Positions 46,268 to 60,094 of a DNA stretch of 64,000 bases are shown one piece after another. Numbering within the stretch: position 1 is the first letter of the stretch; each line of letters opens with the position of its first letter. Below the pieces are notes generated by a model. The model worked only from the letters and a program-made list of their open reading frames with translations, made no database searches and was not told where the DNA came from. Origin of the DNA: Tubiluchus corallicola (lineage: Eukaryota; Animalia; Priapulida); assembly GCA_030141605.1 (NCBI GenBank), contig JAQGDQ010000993.1, positions 8,148 to 72,147 on the forward strand. Direction: 5' to 3'. Both the position numbers and the translations under genes were made by a program.

Positions 46268-49200
46268 CTTGTTGTAAAAAAAGTCAATGAGTTGATGTCG
46301 TTGCACTTAAATGACTTTCAAAACGATATGACATGTTGAAGAAGCAAGTTTGAGCTGCTCAAATATTGGAACGTTTAGCAATCACAATATGATTTCTAGT
46401 ACAATGCAGTAACTATAGTAACGCGTCATCAGAATGAGCTTCGCCAACAATTACCACAGTTCATAGAGCCGCTTGGTTTCTTCCCTTTCTTTACAGCACA
46501 TGTAACTGCTATTAAGCCCTCAGTCTGTACATCATTTATTATTTGAATATATATTAGAAAGCCAAGCCAAAAGAAATGATTTTATTAGCACGTTAGATTC
46601 GTACTATGTCTTCTCTAGCCAGGTTAATAATGCTATAAAAGCTTTTGCAAATCTTATCTCGGATAAATTTTTATCGTCTTTCGCCTGTATATAAATAGTC
46701 TGTTCGTGATGAAATTTTACAACTCTCGTCGTGTTTTCTATATGCTGTTTTGTTTTTATTTATGATTATGCGAATTAACATTAGAATTGGTAATTATGTT
46801 TATTATAATTGTACTCGCTGTTTGTCATTGTGTATAATGTGTGTAAATTTTTGTTACTAAGTATTAAAATATGTTAGTTATTGTTTATTATGTATGTATG
46901 TAGTGTTGGATTATAATTTTAAACTATGTCTATTGTATATTTGTTGTCGTTCAATGTGTCTCATGCGTTGGATTCTAAATTATATATAAGTGAATATGTT
47001 TAATATGTTGTAAACGCTTTTAGAAATTTGAAACATATTGCTACAAATAGAGGGAATGTATTCTGTACATAGTTTTTAAAAATATAGAATTATAATAATA
47101 ATAATAATAATTCCCTTTCTTCTCCATTGTCAACGGAGATTGGGATTTTTTCAGTCCTCCCTACAAAAAAATTATTGCGGGGATTTGAACTCGACCGTCT
47201 GCATGAAAATCCGGCATGCCATGACACTAATATTTTATTAAGTCAGTTGAAATAGGCCTACTGAATTAAACAATGTAGGCCTATCGACGAACCTATCAAT
47301 TTAGATATATAGATATAGATATTTATAGATATATATTTAGATATATATATAGATATGTAGGCCTATCTACCTCTTTTGAAACGTCTCTGATTTAACTGTG
47401 GCCTCACAGATTTAACTGAGATTTGCAAATTTTTAACTCAAAGTGGCTTTTTTCTGTAGCTCTTTGCTCTGAACTTTTGTACAAACCTATTCGTTGTTTT
47501 TTTTATTAACGCACTAATACCTATAAATATTTTTGTGCCTAATAATAAATAAATAAACACACTGAAATAGTTAGATGGGCACAAGAGATGCTTTAGTGTA
47601 AAGTTTACAATTCCCTACACACAAGAGATAAGTTCATGAAGTTATTAGGGTTCATGAAGTTAGTCATGGAGTTCACGGATTAGGGTTAGGGTGGCTTAGG
47701 GTTAAGGTTGTAGTTATGGTTAGGGAGGGTTAGGGTTAGAGTAGCTTAATGTTAAGGTTAGGGTGCCTTAGGGTTTGGGTTAGGGTGGCTTAGGGTTAGG
47801 GTTAGAGTTAGAGTCATGGTTTAGGGTCAGAGTTAGGGTTAGGGTTAGAGTTAGGGTTAGGTGTAAGATATTTAAATTGTGTCGGGAATTGTAACTATTT
47901 ATTAATATATCATCTCTTGTATCAATTTAACTATTTCAGTATTCGTATTTGTTATCACCTTTTGAAATAATTTGTATCTTTTTATTCTAATCTCTGTACC
48001 AGTGCAATTTATATTTTAGGCCTGAAGCTGAGTAAATTATAAAGAGATCTATTGCAAATTGTATTTTTAAATTTTTCACACACCAACATTAGTTATCATT
48101 TAATGATGTTTTAAATTAGCTACCTGAAGTTTGTGTGCTGAATATAGACCTAACTGTTATGATTGCAATGACTGATTGTATTAGGTTTATGAATGTAGGC
48201 TATTAAGCATATGCAAGCAGCAGTAACTGTTTCAGCAGCACTGTTTTCTCGTTGATTTTAAAAAGAGTACAAATAGACCATACCAAATCAAATATCGAAA
48301 AGAAAAATTAAGTAAATCAAATCAAATGAATTTAAAGCAAAAAGCTGTTGACGTACATCCTGATGTACAAACTGTTCGAATTCATCATCAGTTCGTTTGT
48401 TAGGTCAGTCTAACTGTCGGTTAGGTTAGCATTTGGTGATCTAAGTGTGGTTAATATAAGTAAAAAAACTGGTTGCCAGCAGTGGCAGCTCGCGTGTAGG
48501 TACTGTGCTACTGCAGCGCCCCCTGTTTTCATTCATTATTATCGATGATATTCAATATAATAATCTGCTTTCTTTAGTTCTTTCTTTACACTTGTGCGGA
48601 ACCGGAGCATGTGAGGGAAGTACAATTTGCTTCACAGTCCAAGCAACGTGATGTTTGGGCTGCTGTGCGCATGCGGCCATCGCACATATCTGAGGACAGA
48701 CGCTGTACTTTAGGTAGAAAGAGTACTGTCGCTCACTGCAGTACTCGTTTGTCAGTTGTCACGTGTTTAAAAGGCGTGTATCGTAATATTCTTGAACTGC
48801 GACAATTTAAGCTATTCGTAAGAAAACAATATTTTTTGTTTAGTAGTTTATCAAGGTTATGTTTAAATTAGCTTATTTGTTTAAAATTACAATTACGGCA
48901 TTATAATTGCATACGTTTGTTTCGTTTTACACAATATTAAAACAATGGTTAAAAGTTTTTTAATTTTGCGGCAACCCCTGCTAATTTTAGCTAAGAGTCG
49001 CCATTAGTTACCAGACTGAGCAAATCCCGGCCTCGTTTTGAGCTTAGGACTCCAGGACTACATACAGAATTATTATTACTTTGATATTCAAATTAAACGT
49101 CATAACTTCCCAGAATACATTGCATGTGTAATTGTTGCCATGGTGACTTTGTAGCAAGCTAGTTTCTGCTTTATTTACAAAAGATTCTTTTCCGTGCAAA

Positions 49201-49327
49201 AATAAGAAAATCATACAAATACCGTTCCAAGTCAAGATAAAAAGTTTGAAAAAAGAAACAATATTTTTGTGCATTGTTTTTCTCAAATTTGATATGCACT
49301 GTTGATGCAACATCTTTTACAGCAATC

Positions 49328-50073
49328 ATGCCCAAAGCAAAGGTCTATGTAAATTTGGCACTCGCTTTACACACGTATAAATTAATTTTATTTGCTACAC
49401 CACAGTCAGAAGCGAATAAGCTTTCTCAAGAAAAGGAAGAATCAATGGACAACTTTGTAAAATCGGTATGTAAACAGTTTCTCTCTTATATCAATAAGTT
49501 ATATTAATTATCTTAACGCAATCGAAGTAAACCTGCCACGCTGTAGTTGTACGCGTTTTTCATTGAACTGCTTATGTGTGTTGGAATAGCAAGATTTCTT
49601 TGGAAACAAAAATTAGAATATTCTCAGCCTTAGTTGAAACTGTATTTCTGTTCAACTCTGAGCTCTGGACATTAAAAGCAAATCATAAAGCTGAAATCGA
49701 TGCGTTTCAAAGGCGAAATTACAGAAACATTTTGGGTATTAGATGGCCAAAGAAAAAATTTCAAACAAAGATCTATATAAAAAATAAAAGAAGAACATTG
49801 GACAAGAAAAATAAAAAGACGCCATTTAAAATGGATTGGGCATATGCTTACACTACCTGATGATAGTCCAGTAAAGATAGCTCTCCAACAAGCCATAGAA
49901 ACAGCTAAAAAACCTGCAAGAGGACAAATGTTAACACATTTAGATTTTGCACATAAATATTTGAGCACTTCAGCATTGGTCCTTAGAAATAAATGTACTT
50001 GGGGCATTGCAGCGAGTAGGGAGTCCTGGCATAGGGAGGTGAGCAGAATCATGCCCCTGGACATGTGATTCAT

Positions 50074-50115
<42 letters not shown>

Positions 50116-51419
50116 TGTGTTGAATAACGTTATAATAAAAATTATTTCATTATCAAACTATTATTTTTTATTTGATTTTACAAAACTATTCTGACACTGA
50201 ATTTGGTTTGTTTGCATTCACAACTGCATATGAACAGAAACCTGTTTCTACGTATTCTGCGTTTTGAATGATTTGAGTTCTACGACTTGCGTTAGTGTCA
50301 AAGTTAACTTTCAAGAAAGGTTTCTCCTATTATGGAGCCACACTGTGGAATGAATTACCAAACTGTCTCCGAATGGCCGAAAATCTTGGGGAATTTAAAC
50401 GTCTAATTAACTCATGGACTGGTGTATCATGTAAATGTGCCATTTGTAAATTCAGGGAACTTCCCAATTTTGTTAAGTCGTAATTAAATGCTGAAATGTT
50501 GGCAGGAAAAATTTTTATTGACCTAGATAGCTTTTTGTGTAAATTTTATAAAATGTTACTGCCTAAAATTTTTACCGTCTCAATTCTTAACTGTCGCAGT
50601 TTTTTTACTGTCTTCATGTAGTTTTAATTTTTCTTGTACCAATACCTTTGGTAGCATCCAAAAGATTTAGGAAGTACATATTACCATGTTATCACTTATA
50701 TACATTATGTGTGATATCGGTTTACGAACTTTAAGCTCATGTTTTACAAATATGTACTGTTTTATATCATACCGATGAAAATAAATATTATCTTATCTTA
50801 TCTTATCTCATCTCATCTCATCTCATCTCATCTCATCTCATCTCATCTCATCTCATCTCATCTCATCTCATCTCATCTCATACAGTTGTGGATTTGGTAA
50901 ATGGTACAGGGTGGTGTAAAAAACAGTTATCAAGCCAAGGCGGCCCTAATTTAATTGATGTTAGCCTAGCGACTGAAAAGACAACATTATAACAAAATTA
51001 TAGACAAAATTAGCTTGTAATCATTATCATAAATTTTTAAACTCAAAAAATGTGAATTGAAAGAAAAAAATGAATAAAATGAATAATTTTAAGCAAAAAA
51101 CTGCTCCGGAGTGTGAAGTAATGGATTGCTCGCTTAATCAGTTTTTCTGCCCAAATGCCTGGATATGCCGTTTCCAACACTATTCACTATTGTAGTGGAT
51201 GTGTTACTGTGACAAAGTATCCGCTACCAAATTTTAGGTTTCTGTCTGCTCTAAAAACCCTTTTGAAATGCCTAACAAAATCTGGCGAGCTTTGGCTATC
51301 CTTGATTTTTACATCTCTGTTCAGCTACATTCGCAGGCTCATTTTGATCGCTGATTTTCTCTCCCTCTTTCTCTCCCTCTCGCTCCCCCTCTCCCCCCTC
51401 TCTCTCTCTCTCGCTTCCT

Positions 51420-51468
<49 letters not shown>

Positions 51469-54400
51469 TCTCTCTCTCTCTGTTGGAGTTTGTGTTTCAA
51501 ATGATTGTTTTTCAGCTGATGGGCTGTCACCATTTTGGACCAGGAATCAGCATAGTCATGGTACGTGATGATGAAATCGTTTATAGCAAAGCATTTGGCT
51601 TGGCTGATGTAGAGACTGGAGAAGCCGTCTCGGTGACAAAAAGCTTTACGGCAACACTACTAGCTAAACTAATGACGGAAAAAGAGCCAAATATTGAAAA
51701 TAATTATCAGACGTAATTATACTCATCAGCTCCATAAGAACACATTCATATAATCTTTCTAGACAAGATGAAATAGGCAGGGCAGTGTGCGTGAAATAGG
51801 CAGGGCAGGGCATCTTGTCACGAGCGGAGGGGCAGGGATAGGTATTTTGGATAAATAACTATCAAATATGTACAATTAATTGTGACAAACACATTCAGTC
51901 ATGCCGGATGTACATTTCACTTATTTTATGTTATTTTCTACCAGGAAATACAGTTTTAACAGTAAAATACGGGATCTTCTTGGACAAGACATCAGACTTC
52001 ACGATGAACAACGAACCGAACACGGTCTGTTGCAAGACCTGCTGGCTCACAGAATGGGATCCCAGAGTTTTGATGGGTCCATGATTATGGGAGAACATCG
52101 GAACACTGACTCAAAACAACTGGCTAGGTATAAGAAAAGTAGGGCTATTCTTAGACCGTACATTAGTTTGGAATATAGTTCAAAATTACCCATTAGACAT
52201 AATAAGCAAATTGTCTATTGCATTACTCTATAATAAGCAAATTGTTTCTGACAGTTAAATTTAGAAAACTATTTGAGAGCATATGACCAGTGCTAGATGG
52301 GTAAAACAATGGGTAGATGACATCAATGGGTAAAACAATGGGTAGATGACATCAATGGGTAAAACAATGGGTAGATGACATCAATGGGTAAAACAATGGG
52401 TAGATGACATCAATGGGTAAAACAATGGGTAGATGACATCAATGGGTAAAACAATGGGTAGATGACATCAACGGTAAAACAATGGGAGATGACATCAATG
52501 GGTAAAACAATGGGTAGATGACATCAATGGGTAAAACAATGGGTAGATGACATCAATGGGTAAAACAATGGGTAGATGACATCAATGGTAAAACAATGGG
52601 TAGATGACATCAATGGTAAAACAATGGGTAGATGACATCAATGGGTAAAACAATGGGTAGATGACATCAATGGGTAAAACAATGGGTAGATGACATCAAT
52701 GGGTAAAACAATGGGTAGATGACATCAATGGGTAAAACAATGGGTAGATGACATCAATGGGTAAAACAATGGGTAGATGACATCAATGGGTAAAACAATG
52801 GGTAGATGACATCAATGGGTAAAACAATGGGTAGATGACATCAAGGGGTAAAACAATGGGTAGATGACATCAATGGGTAAAACAATGGGTAGATGACATC
52901 AATGGGTAAAACAATGGGTAGATGACATCAATGGGTAAAACAATGGGTAGATGACATCAATGGGTAAAACAATGGGTAGATGACATCAATGGGTAAAACA
53001 ATGGGTAGATGACATCAATGGGTAAAACAATGGGTAGATGACATCAATGGGTAAAACAATGGGTAGATGACATCAATGGGTAAAACAATGGGTAGATGAC
53101 ATCAAGGGGTAAAACAATGGGTAGATGACATCAATGGGTAAAACAATGGGTAGATGACATCAAGGGGTAAAACAATGGGTAGATGACATCAACCGGTAAA
53201 ACAATGGATAGATGACATCAATGGGTAAAACAATGGGTAGATGACATCAATGGGTGAAACAATGGGTAGATGACATCAATGGGTAAAACAATGGATAGAC
53301 GACATCAATGGGTAAAACAATGGGTAGATGACATCAATGGGCAAAACAATGGGTAGATGACATCAACCGGTAAAACAATGGGTAGATGACATCAACCGGT
53401 AAAACAATGGGTAGATGACATCAATGGGTAAAACAATGGGTAGATGACATCAACCGGTAAAACAATGGGTAGATGACATCAATGGGTAAAACAATGGGTA
53501 GATGACATCAATGGGTAAAACAATGGGTAGACGACATCAATGGGTAAAACAATGGGTAGATGACATCAACGGGTAAAACAATGGATAGATGACATCAACG
53601 GGTAAAACAATGGGTAGATGACATCAATGGGTAAAACAATGGGTAGATGACATCAACGGGTAAAACAATGGGTAGATGACATCAATGGGTAAAACAATGG
53701 GTAGATGACATCAATGGGTAAAACAATGGGTAGATGACATCAACCGGTAAAACAATGGGTAGATGACATCAATGGGTAAAACAATGGGTAGATGACATCA
53801 ATGGGTAAAACAATGGGTAGACGACATCAATGGGTAAAACAATGGATAGATGACATCAATGGGTAAAACAATGGGTAGATGACATCAATGGGTAAAACAA
53901 TAGGAACAGCAACGCCACATGTTCATAATGTCGACTTTCAACGTTGTTGCTATGCTCAGGAGTTATTTCTTGAAGCTGTCCAAAGCTTTTATTATTGGAC
54001 CGGGTTCTGCTGATGTGGTACCATGCTTATTTGCTGTGCACACCATTTCTAGGAAGTTATAGTTGCCCATCTAAGTATGGCATGACCAAGAGCATGCAAT
54101 AACAAAAACTAATAAAATTATGCTTCCCGAAAAAACTTTCCCTCTTCCAAAGCCATTGGGTACCATCTTCCATTAATTACTATACTTGGAGATTCTTAAC
54201 ATGACTTTGGTTCGATATAACAGCACTGATTAATTATCTAATTTAGTTCACAATTAATTACAACTCTTGATTTGTTTTTTACCGATTTAGTAGTTTGCAA
54301 TATTTGGAAGAAGTAGTACCATTTAGGACAGATTTCATCTACAGTAACAACTATTACATGCTGGCGGGACGCATCGCTGAAGCCCTAGACGGTTCAGGTA

Positions 54401-57400
54401 AAACATACGAAGAGCTTGTTGAGGACCGCCTGTTGAAGCCACTCAAAATGAATTCAGGTGCATGGATGAATCCATCTTTTCAGGATTGGAACATGACAGT
54501 CAAACCTCATATGTACATTCGTAAGAATGACAGCTTTATTAGGCATCACGATGAAGCAGTTAAGTAAGTAGATGTAGTTAATGGAAAACCGGATGATCGT
54601 GTACAGATGAGTTCAGAATAAAGAATGCTCTAAAATATTGAAAACTACAATAGCTTTTATTAAATCAAAGCTTAGATTAAATAATAATTACCTCGGATAC
54701 TGAAATTTCGTTAAACTTTCAAAGCTACGCACAGCTCAGTGAATCTACTAAGACTGGCAACGACGCCTTTTTGTCACATTCGCGTGGCCGAGAAATAGAA
54801 GGCGGCAGCGGGATAACCATGATTACGAACTGTAGTGCTAGTTTCTGGCGTCATACGATGTAAAGCCCATTTTTCGTGACATCACGCGTTTAAACAGTAC
54901 TGTAACACTTATGCAAATGTGCTTGACGCGCACGGGAAGACGCCTGCCATTGCACAAACTGTGGTTAGCTTCTGACGTAAGAGTAAAGTTTATAAGTTAT
55001 GTTTATGAGCTGTGTCGTATAGTGGTAGTACTTGTTGGTGGATTATTGAGGAGGCCGCAGCCGTTTATTGACGTGAGGTGGTGACAAAGCTATAAGATCT
55101 GGATTGATGAGCGACTAACACATTTATTTCACAATAATATATTACATGGTAAAATACATATCATAGCTCTGCCAAACCGCCCAAGATCTGTTCCTGCTTC
55201 CTCGAGATTCCCCGTGATCTGATCTCTCATTCCACTTGGCTTCCTTCAGCTTTTTGGACTCACAGCGCATGCGTTATAATTGTTGCTAGTCTGACAATTC
55301 AGACGGGCAATGTCCATATATGGAACTCAGTCACATGACAGCCGCACCTAAAATCATGGCTTCATTTCTACATATCTCTCATATCCCCTTCATAGAGTCG
55401 TTTCATTACTGAACTACTAATACTAATCATACAATTATCATCTTCTCTTTACTGTAAGCAATAGCTGTGTTCGGTCGGCGTTAATTAACTTTCTAAGCTA
55501 ATTATTCAAATATAAGGAACAATTGTTATAAGCAAGAAAATGTAGATTTTGCATAGTAAATTAAAATGAGATTGAGTCTAAACAATAGCCCGGTCTTCCT
55601 TTAAAAAGACAAGATTACACGTGTTTGTGAAACTCATCCAAAATGGCGAATGTCGAAAATGACGATTATACTTACATGCATTATTTTTAATGAAAACCGC
55701 TTTAACACCTAAACGTACTAAAGAATAAGTTTTCTTTTCCCGAATAAAATAAACAAAGGAAAAGCTCCCTGAAAGAAGTTAATTCTAACACCAGATGTAG
55801 TGGGGAACAGTATGACGTCAGAAACTAACACAACAGTTCATGATCATGGTTATCACTGTACCGCCTTCTATTTGTCGGCCACGCGAATGTGACAAAGAGG
55901 TGCGGCTGCCAATCTTAGTAGATTCACTGAGCCGCGCGTAGCTTTGAAAGTTTAACGAAATACAGGTATCCGAGGTAATTATTATTTAATCTAAGCTTTG
56001 ATTTAAAAAAAGCTATCGTAGTTTTCAATATTTTATTACCAGTGCTGGATTAAGCATGTGGGAGGTCTGGGCCCCGCTTGGAAGGGAGGGGCCCAGGCCC
56101 CTTGGGCCCCTCTTAATCCGGCCCTGCACATTACACTGTATAACAACTGTACCTGTAGGCTGCCATGAACAATGCTGCTGACTGATCACGTGACACTGTT
56201 TTGACGAATTGCATAATTTAGTCGAAATTACCGAAATATTTTACACAAGTAATAAACCTATGCCAGCAAATGTATTTTCTGGTATCATGCGAAACCACTT
56301 TGACGAATCACAAAACTTGTTAACGGTGTGTATAATATTAATACTGTTTAGTCGAAAGCTACGTTAATGAAAAAGCAAGGTTAGGTTGCTGGAATGATTC
56401 GCATGATTTTCCTAAATCAAACTTGGCCGAAAGACAAACACCTTGAAAGAGAGTGACTGACCGACTATGCCTGGATTTTAACTAAAGATCTTTCGACTGC
56501 AACACGCCTAGCACCAGCAAACCACGCAGCATCCAATGTCAAGCAGACTCTATTCATTGATTAATTAATTATCAGGGACGTATTAACCAATAGGCTATCT
56601 AGGCTATAGCCTAGGACGCCAAAGTTTGAGGGGTGTCACATTTTAGAAAAAAAATTTTATTCTCTTCGCAAAAAGGGCATATTTTATGATACACCACAGG
56701 CAGTTCTTGAACACAGCTTTTACATAAGTGCCACATAACGAACAGGTGCAAGGTACTACACAATAAGCAGTTGCGCAGCCTACTTGAATATAAGCACTAT
56801 ACAAATACATGTAAGTAATAATGACGACGTAGAAACTAGGTCAATAGTGTTTCTAGTACACCACAAGTAGTTGATTAATGTGATCTTTACATAAGCAACA
56901 ATAAATTCACAATAGAGATGGGCGGGGCAGAATTATCAGCCTAGGGCGTCGTAAAGTTTTGATAAGCCCCTGTTAATAATATATTTATTTGTTTTATAAT
57001 AGAATCTCACACCCGACTGAGGCTGCTGGAGCCTTGTGCACGACCATGCCAGACATGGCTAACTGGATTCGCTTCCACCTTGGTTACGGCAGCAATCCTA
57101 CCGGTGGACCACCACTAATTAGACCAGACCTGTTTTTGACCATTCATAAAGAACATCAACAACTGCCTTTCAGTTTGACGGGCTTCATGGGAGAACCAAT
57201 TTACCCAGTAACGGTTACAAACGCTGCTTATGCCCTTGGTTTCTTTACTGGAACATACAGAGGTTAAACTTATGCAGTAAGATTTTTATTACCAACAATG
57301 ACATGCAAAAGATCTATATTAAACACTAATTACATTATCAGCGTCATTCGTATCATCATTGCACTGATCGTCATTATCGTCATCGTTATTATCATCATCA

Positions 57401-57409
57401 TCATCATCA

Positions 57410-57445
<36 letters not shown>

Positions 57446-57562
57446 GCATCATCATCATCAACATCATCGTCATCGTCATTATCGTCATCGTCATTATCGT
57501 CATCGTCATTATCGTCATCGCCATCATCATCATCATCAACATCGTCATTATCATCATCATCA

Positions 57563-57600
<38 letters not shown>

Positions 57601-57723
57601 ACATCAACATCGTCATTATCATCATCATCAACATCAACATCGTCATCGTCATCATCATCATCAACAACATCATCATCATCATCATTATCATCATCATCGT
57701 CATTACAACAACAACAACAACAA

Positions 57724-57756
<33 letters not shown>

Positions 57757-58795
57757 TACAACATCATTACAACATCATAGTAAACGGCAAATCAAGATTA
57801 AACTGAAATTATTTTAACATCATAGTAAACGGCAAATAAGATTAAACTGAAATTATTTTAACATTTGATCAACGATGAAGCCATGCTAATTCTAACTGCA
57901 TACGTTTTCAGGCCATCGTGTTCACAGCCATGGGGGAGCACTAGTGGGATACAATACACAGATGTGGTTAGCACGGGATGTGAAAATGGGCATTATCGTT
58001 GCAAACAACGGACCAACTGATCAAGCGAATGTAAAAGCGATACAAATTGCTGTATTTCGTGGCTTAGATTTGTTACTTGACTTGGAACCTTGGCTTAATG
58101 ACTCAACAGCGTGTTCATTTCCTGAACCATGGACGATGCAAAATCCTTCTGGAGATGCACGCATGGACCGGTCGCGTATGAACCAAGCAGCAACCAATTC
58201 TCAAAATGAACCCCCGGTTGTGAATATGGACTTGCCTCACGTGGATCTACCAACAAGCGAAATCTTTAATACATACACACGCTCAGAACAGAAAGAGTTT
58301 TTGAAAAACACAAATGACCAAAGACCACATGACGATTACGTCGGAAATTACAGACATTATTTTGGCGGCATTGTGGAGATCACGTATGACGAGAAAAAGG
58401 AGAAACTCCATTTCAAACTTGGTCTTGGGACAGGGTATCTTAAACCACTGGACATACGAGATGCCTTTACCATTAAGTTTTACGGTCCCATGTGGTTTTA
58501 TAGCAGCAAAACTACTCAAAAGTTTAACACGGCATTGCAATTTTTACCACAAGATAAACAGGATCCAGAAACAATCACCTCAGTAGTGATACCTTGGATA
58601 AGTCCCGAAATGCCTCCCATATTTATTAAAGATCTTCCTGATCCAACCACTACAACTACAACAACATGCCAACCCTTAACCACATGTCCACCTTTAACCA
58701 CTGAAGGAAAGGCGAGTTGTTTGAAGCCACTTTGTGACCTATTCTTGATGATTCACTTACTATCAACAATGATTTTCATCATTTTCTTTGTATAA
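49328..58795 (+). CDS. Serine beta-lactamase/PBP-family (class C/AmpH-like fold) hydrolase, about 643 aa, with Thr-rich linker and hydrophobic C-terminal tail; 6 coding exons
   Basis: Exons 49328-49465, 51516-51712, 51945-52127, 54294-54563, 57003-57262 and 57912-58795 have GT-AG boundaries and consistent phases (0,2,2,2,1). Motifs: PGISI, SVTK (SxxK), DLLAHRMG, FIYSN (YxN), AAGAL..DMANW, HGG. Confidence 0.85.
54631..56036. mobile_element. Foldback element (about 1.4 kb) with about 225-bp TIRs in beta-lactamase intron 4
   Basis: 54631..54855 is a diverged reverse complement of 55812..56036. Confidence 0.75.
56040..56127. mobile_element. Tiny hAT-like MITE
   Basis: TIRs cagtgctggattaag / cttaatccggccctg, GC-rich core, partial 8-bp TSD (..attac). 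Confidence 0.5.
56573..56972. mobile_element. hAT-like MITE
   Basis: caggg...ccctg termini, 8-bp TSD ttaattat/ttaataat, subterminal agcctagg repeats. Confidence 0.55.
57330..57778. repeat. (ATC/GTC)n compound trinucleotide repeat, intronic
   Basis: Direct reading. Confidence 0.95.
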
Positions 58796-59117
58796 ATCAT
58801 GGTAAAGCTGATTCACTTGTAATAATGCGGTTTATATATGCAAGCATATTCATGCCTGAAAATACTAAGGCATAAATCTTAGGCACAGAAGTTAAACTCT
58901 TCCCTTAGAGTGACGTCATTAGAAATATCTGAGTCTAACAAGGGTTAGATTCAAAATTATAATACAGTTATATGTATTCTATTAATAAACATTAATTATT
59001 ATATCAAATTTTGCAAATGCCTGATGAAAAAAGATTATACAAACATTTCCGCATTCTTTTATTCTGTACAGAACCCCCGAGGGCACATGATGAAAAAATG
59101 TTTAATTTGTGTAATCC

Positions 59118-59425
59118 ATGTGCACGAAATGCTGGCCATGAATTAATACAATCGTGTGCACGAAATGCTGGCCATGAATTAATACAATCGTGTGCACGAA
59201 ATGCTGGCCATGAATTAATACAATCGTGTGCACGAAATGCTGGGCACGAATTAATACAATCGTGCACACGAAATGCTGGCCACAAATTAATACAATTGTG
59301 CACACGAAATGCTGGCCACAAATTAATACAATTGTGCACACGAAATGCTGGCCACAAATTAATACAATTGTGCACACGAAATGCTGGCCACAAATTAATA
59401 CAAGTGTGCGCACGAAATGCTGGTG
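59118..59425. repeat. 36-bp minisatellite, about 8.5 copies
   Basis: Unit cgaaatgctggccatgaattaatacaatcgtgtgca with a gradient of variants. Confidence 0.9.
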
Positions 59426-60094
59426 GGCACAAACTGTGTTAATAGTGCCCGGTAGCTAATGTTACCAAAGCAGCTAATCTAACAAAAAGTTGCAAAGCAG
59501 AATGCTGCGAAGTATACACTTTCGAAAACATTTGCATGTATTTGTTTGTTAGGTATTAAAGATATGGATTTTGTATTCAGCGCTGGTGCTGGGACAGGCA
59601 GAAGCCCCGCAGGTGCAAAATTGTGTGCCTAAATTTTACCGTGAGCTGCAAATTGTAAATTAAAAGCCAAAAGCAACACACGACTGGCGGTTTCCTATTG
59701 ACCACAAATGCATCAAGTCCACCTGTTGAAGACTAAAGGATTACCGTACATCAGATTAGATTAGGCTAGAAAAAACAGAAATACAAAAGCAGAAGTAGAA
59801 TAGAATGTAATCAAGCAATAGAAGAGGAGATGGGAGGGAAAGGAGACGAGGAGAAGGGGAGCAGAGAAGTGGAGAGGAGAGGATAGTGGAGGAAGGGGAG
59901 GCAAAAATAGTAAATTATAAGAGATTCGCGTTTTATAGAAATTTATAATGGGTAAACTGGGCAGATTAACATCTGAAATACTAAGACTGCAAATCAACAA
60001 TGACTGTGAAAGATCGTGGTATAAAGAATTAGCGAAATCTGCCAGAACGTATTATATAAATATTGATACAGAGATGGTAACAAATCTGACTGGA

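Noticed and set aside
57298-57780. Poly-I/V/S/H ORF (and similar at 21534-21806, 24479-24721)
   Set aside because: Trinucleotide microsatellites in introns or UTRs.
49328-58795. Bacterial contamination or antibiotic-resistance gene
   Set aside because: Five spliceosomal introns with consistent phases, embedded among animal genes and repeats.
59118-59425. CRISPR array (36-bp repeats)
   Set aside because: Contiguous tandem units without spacers.
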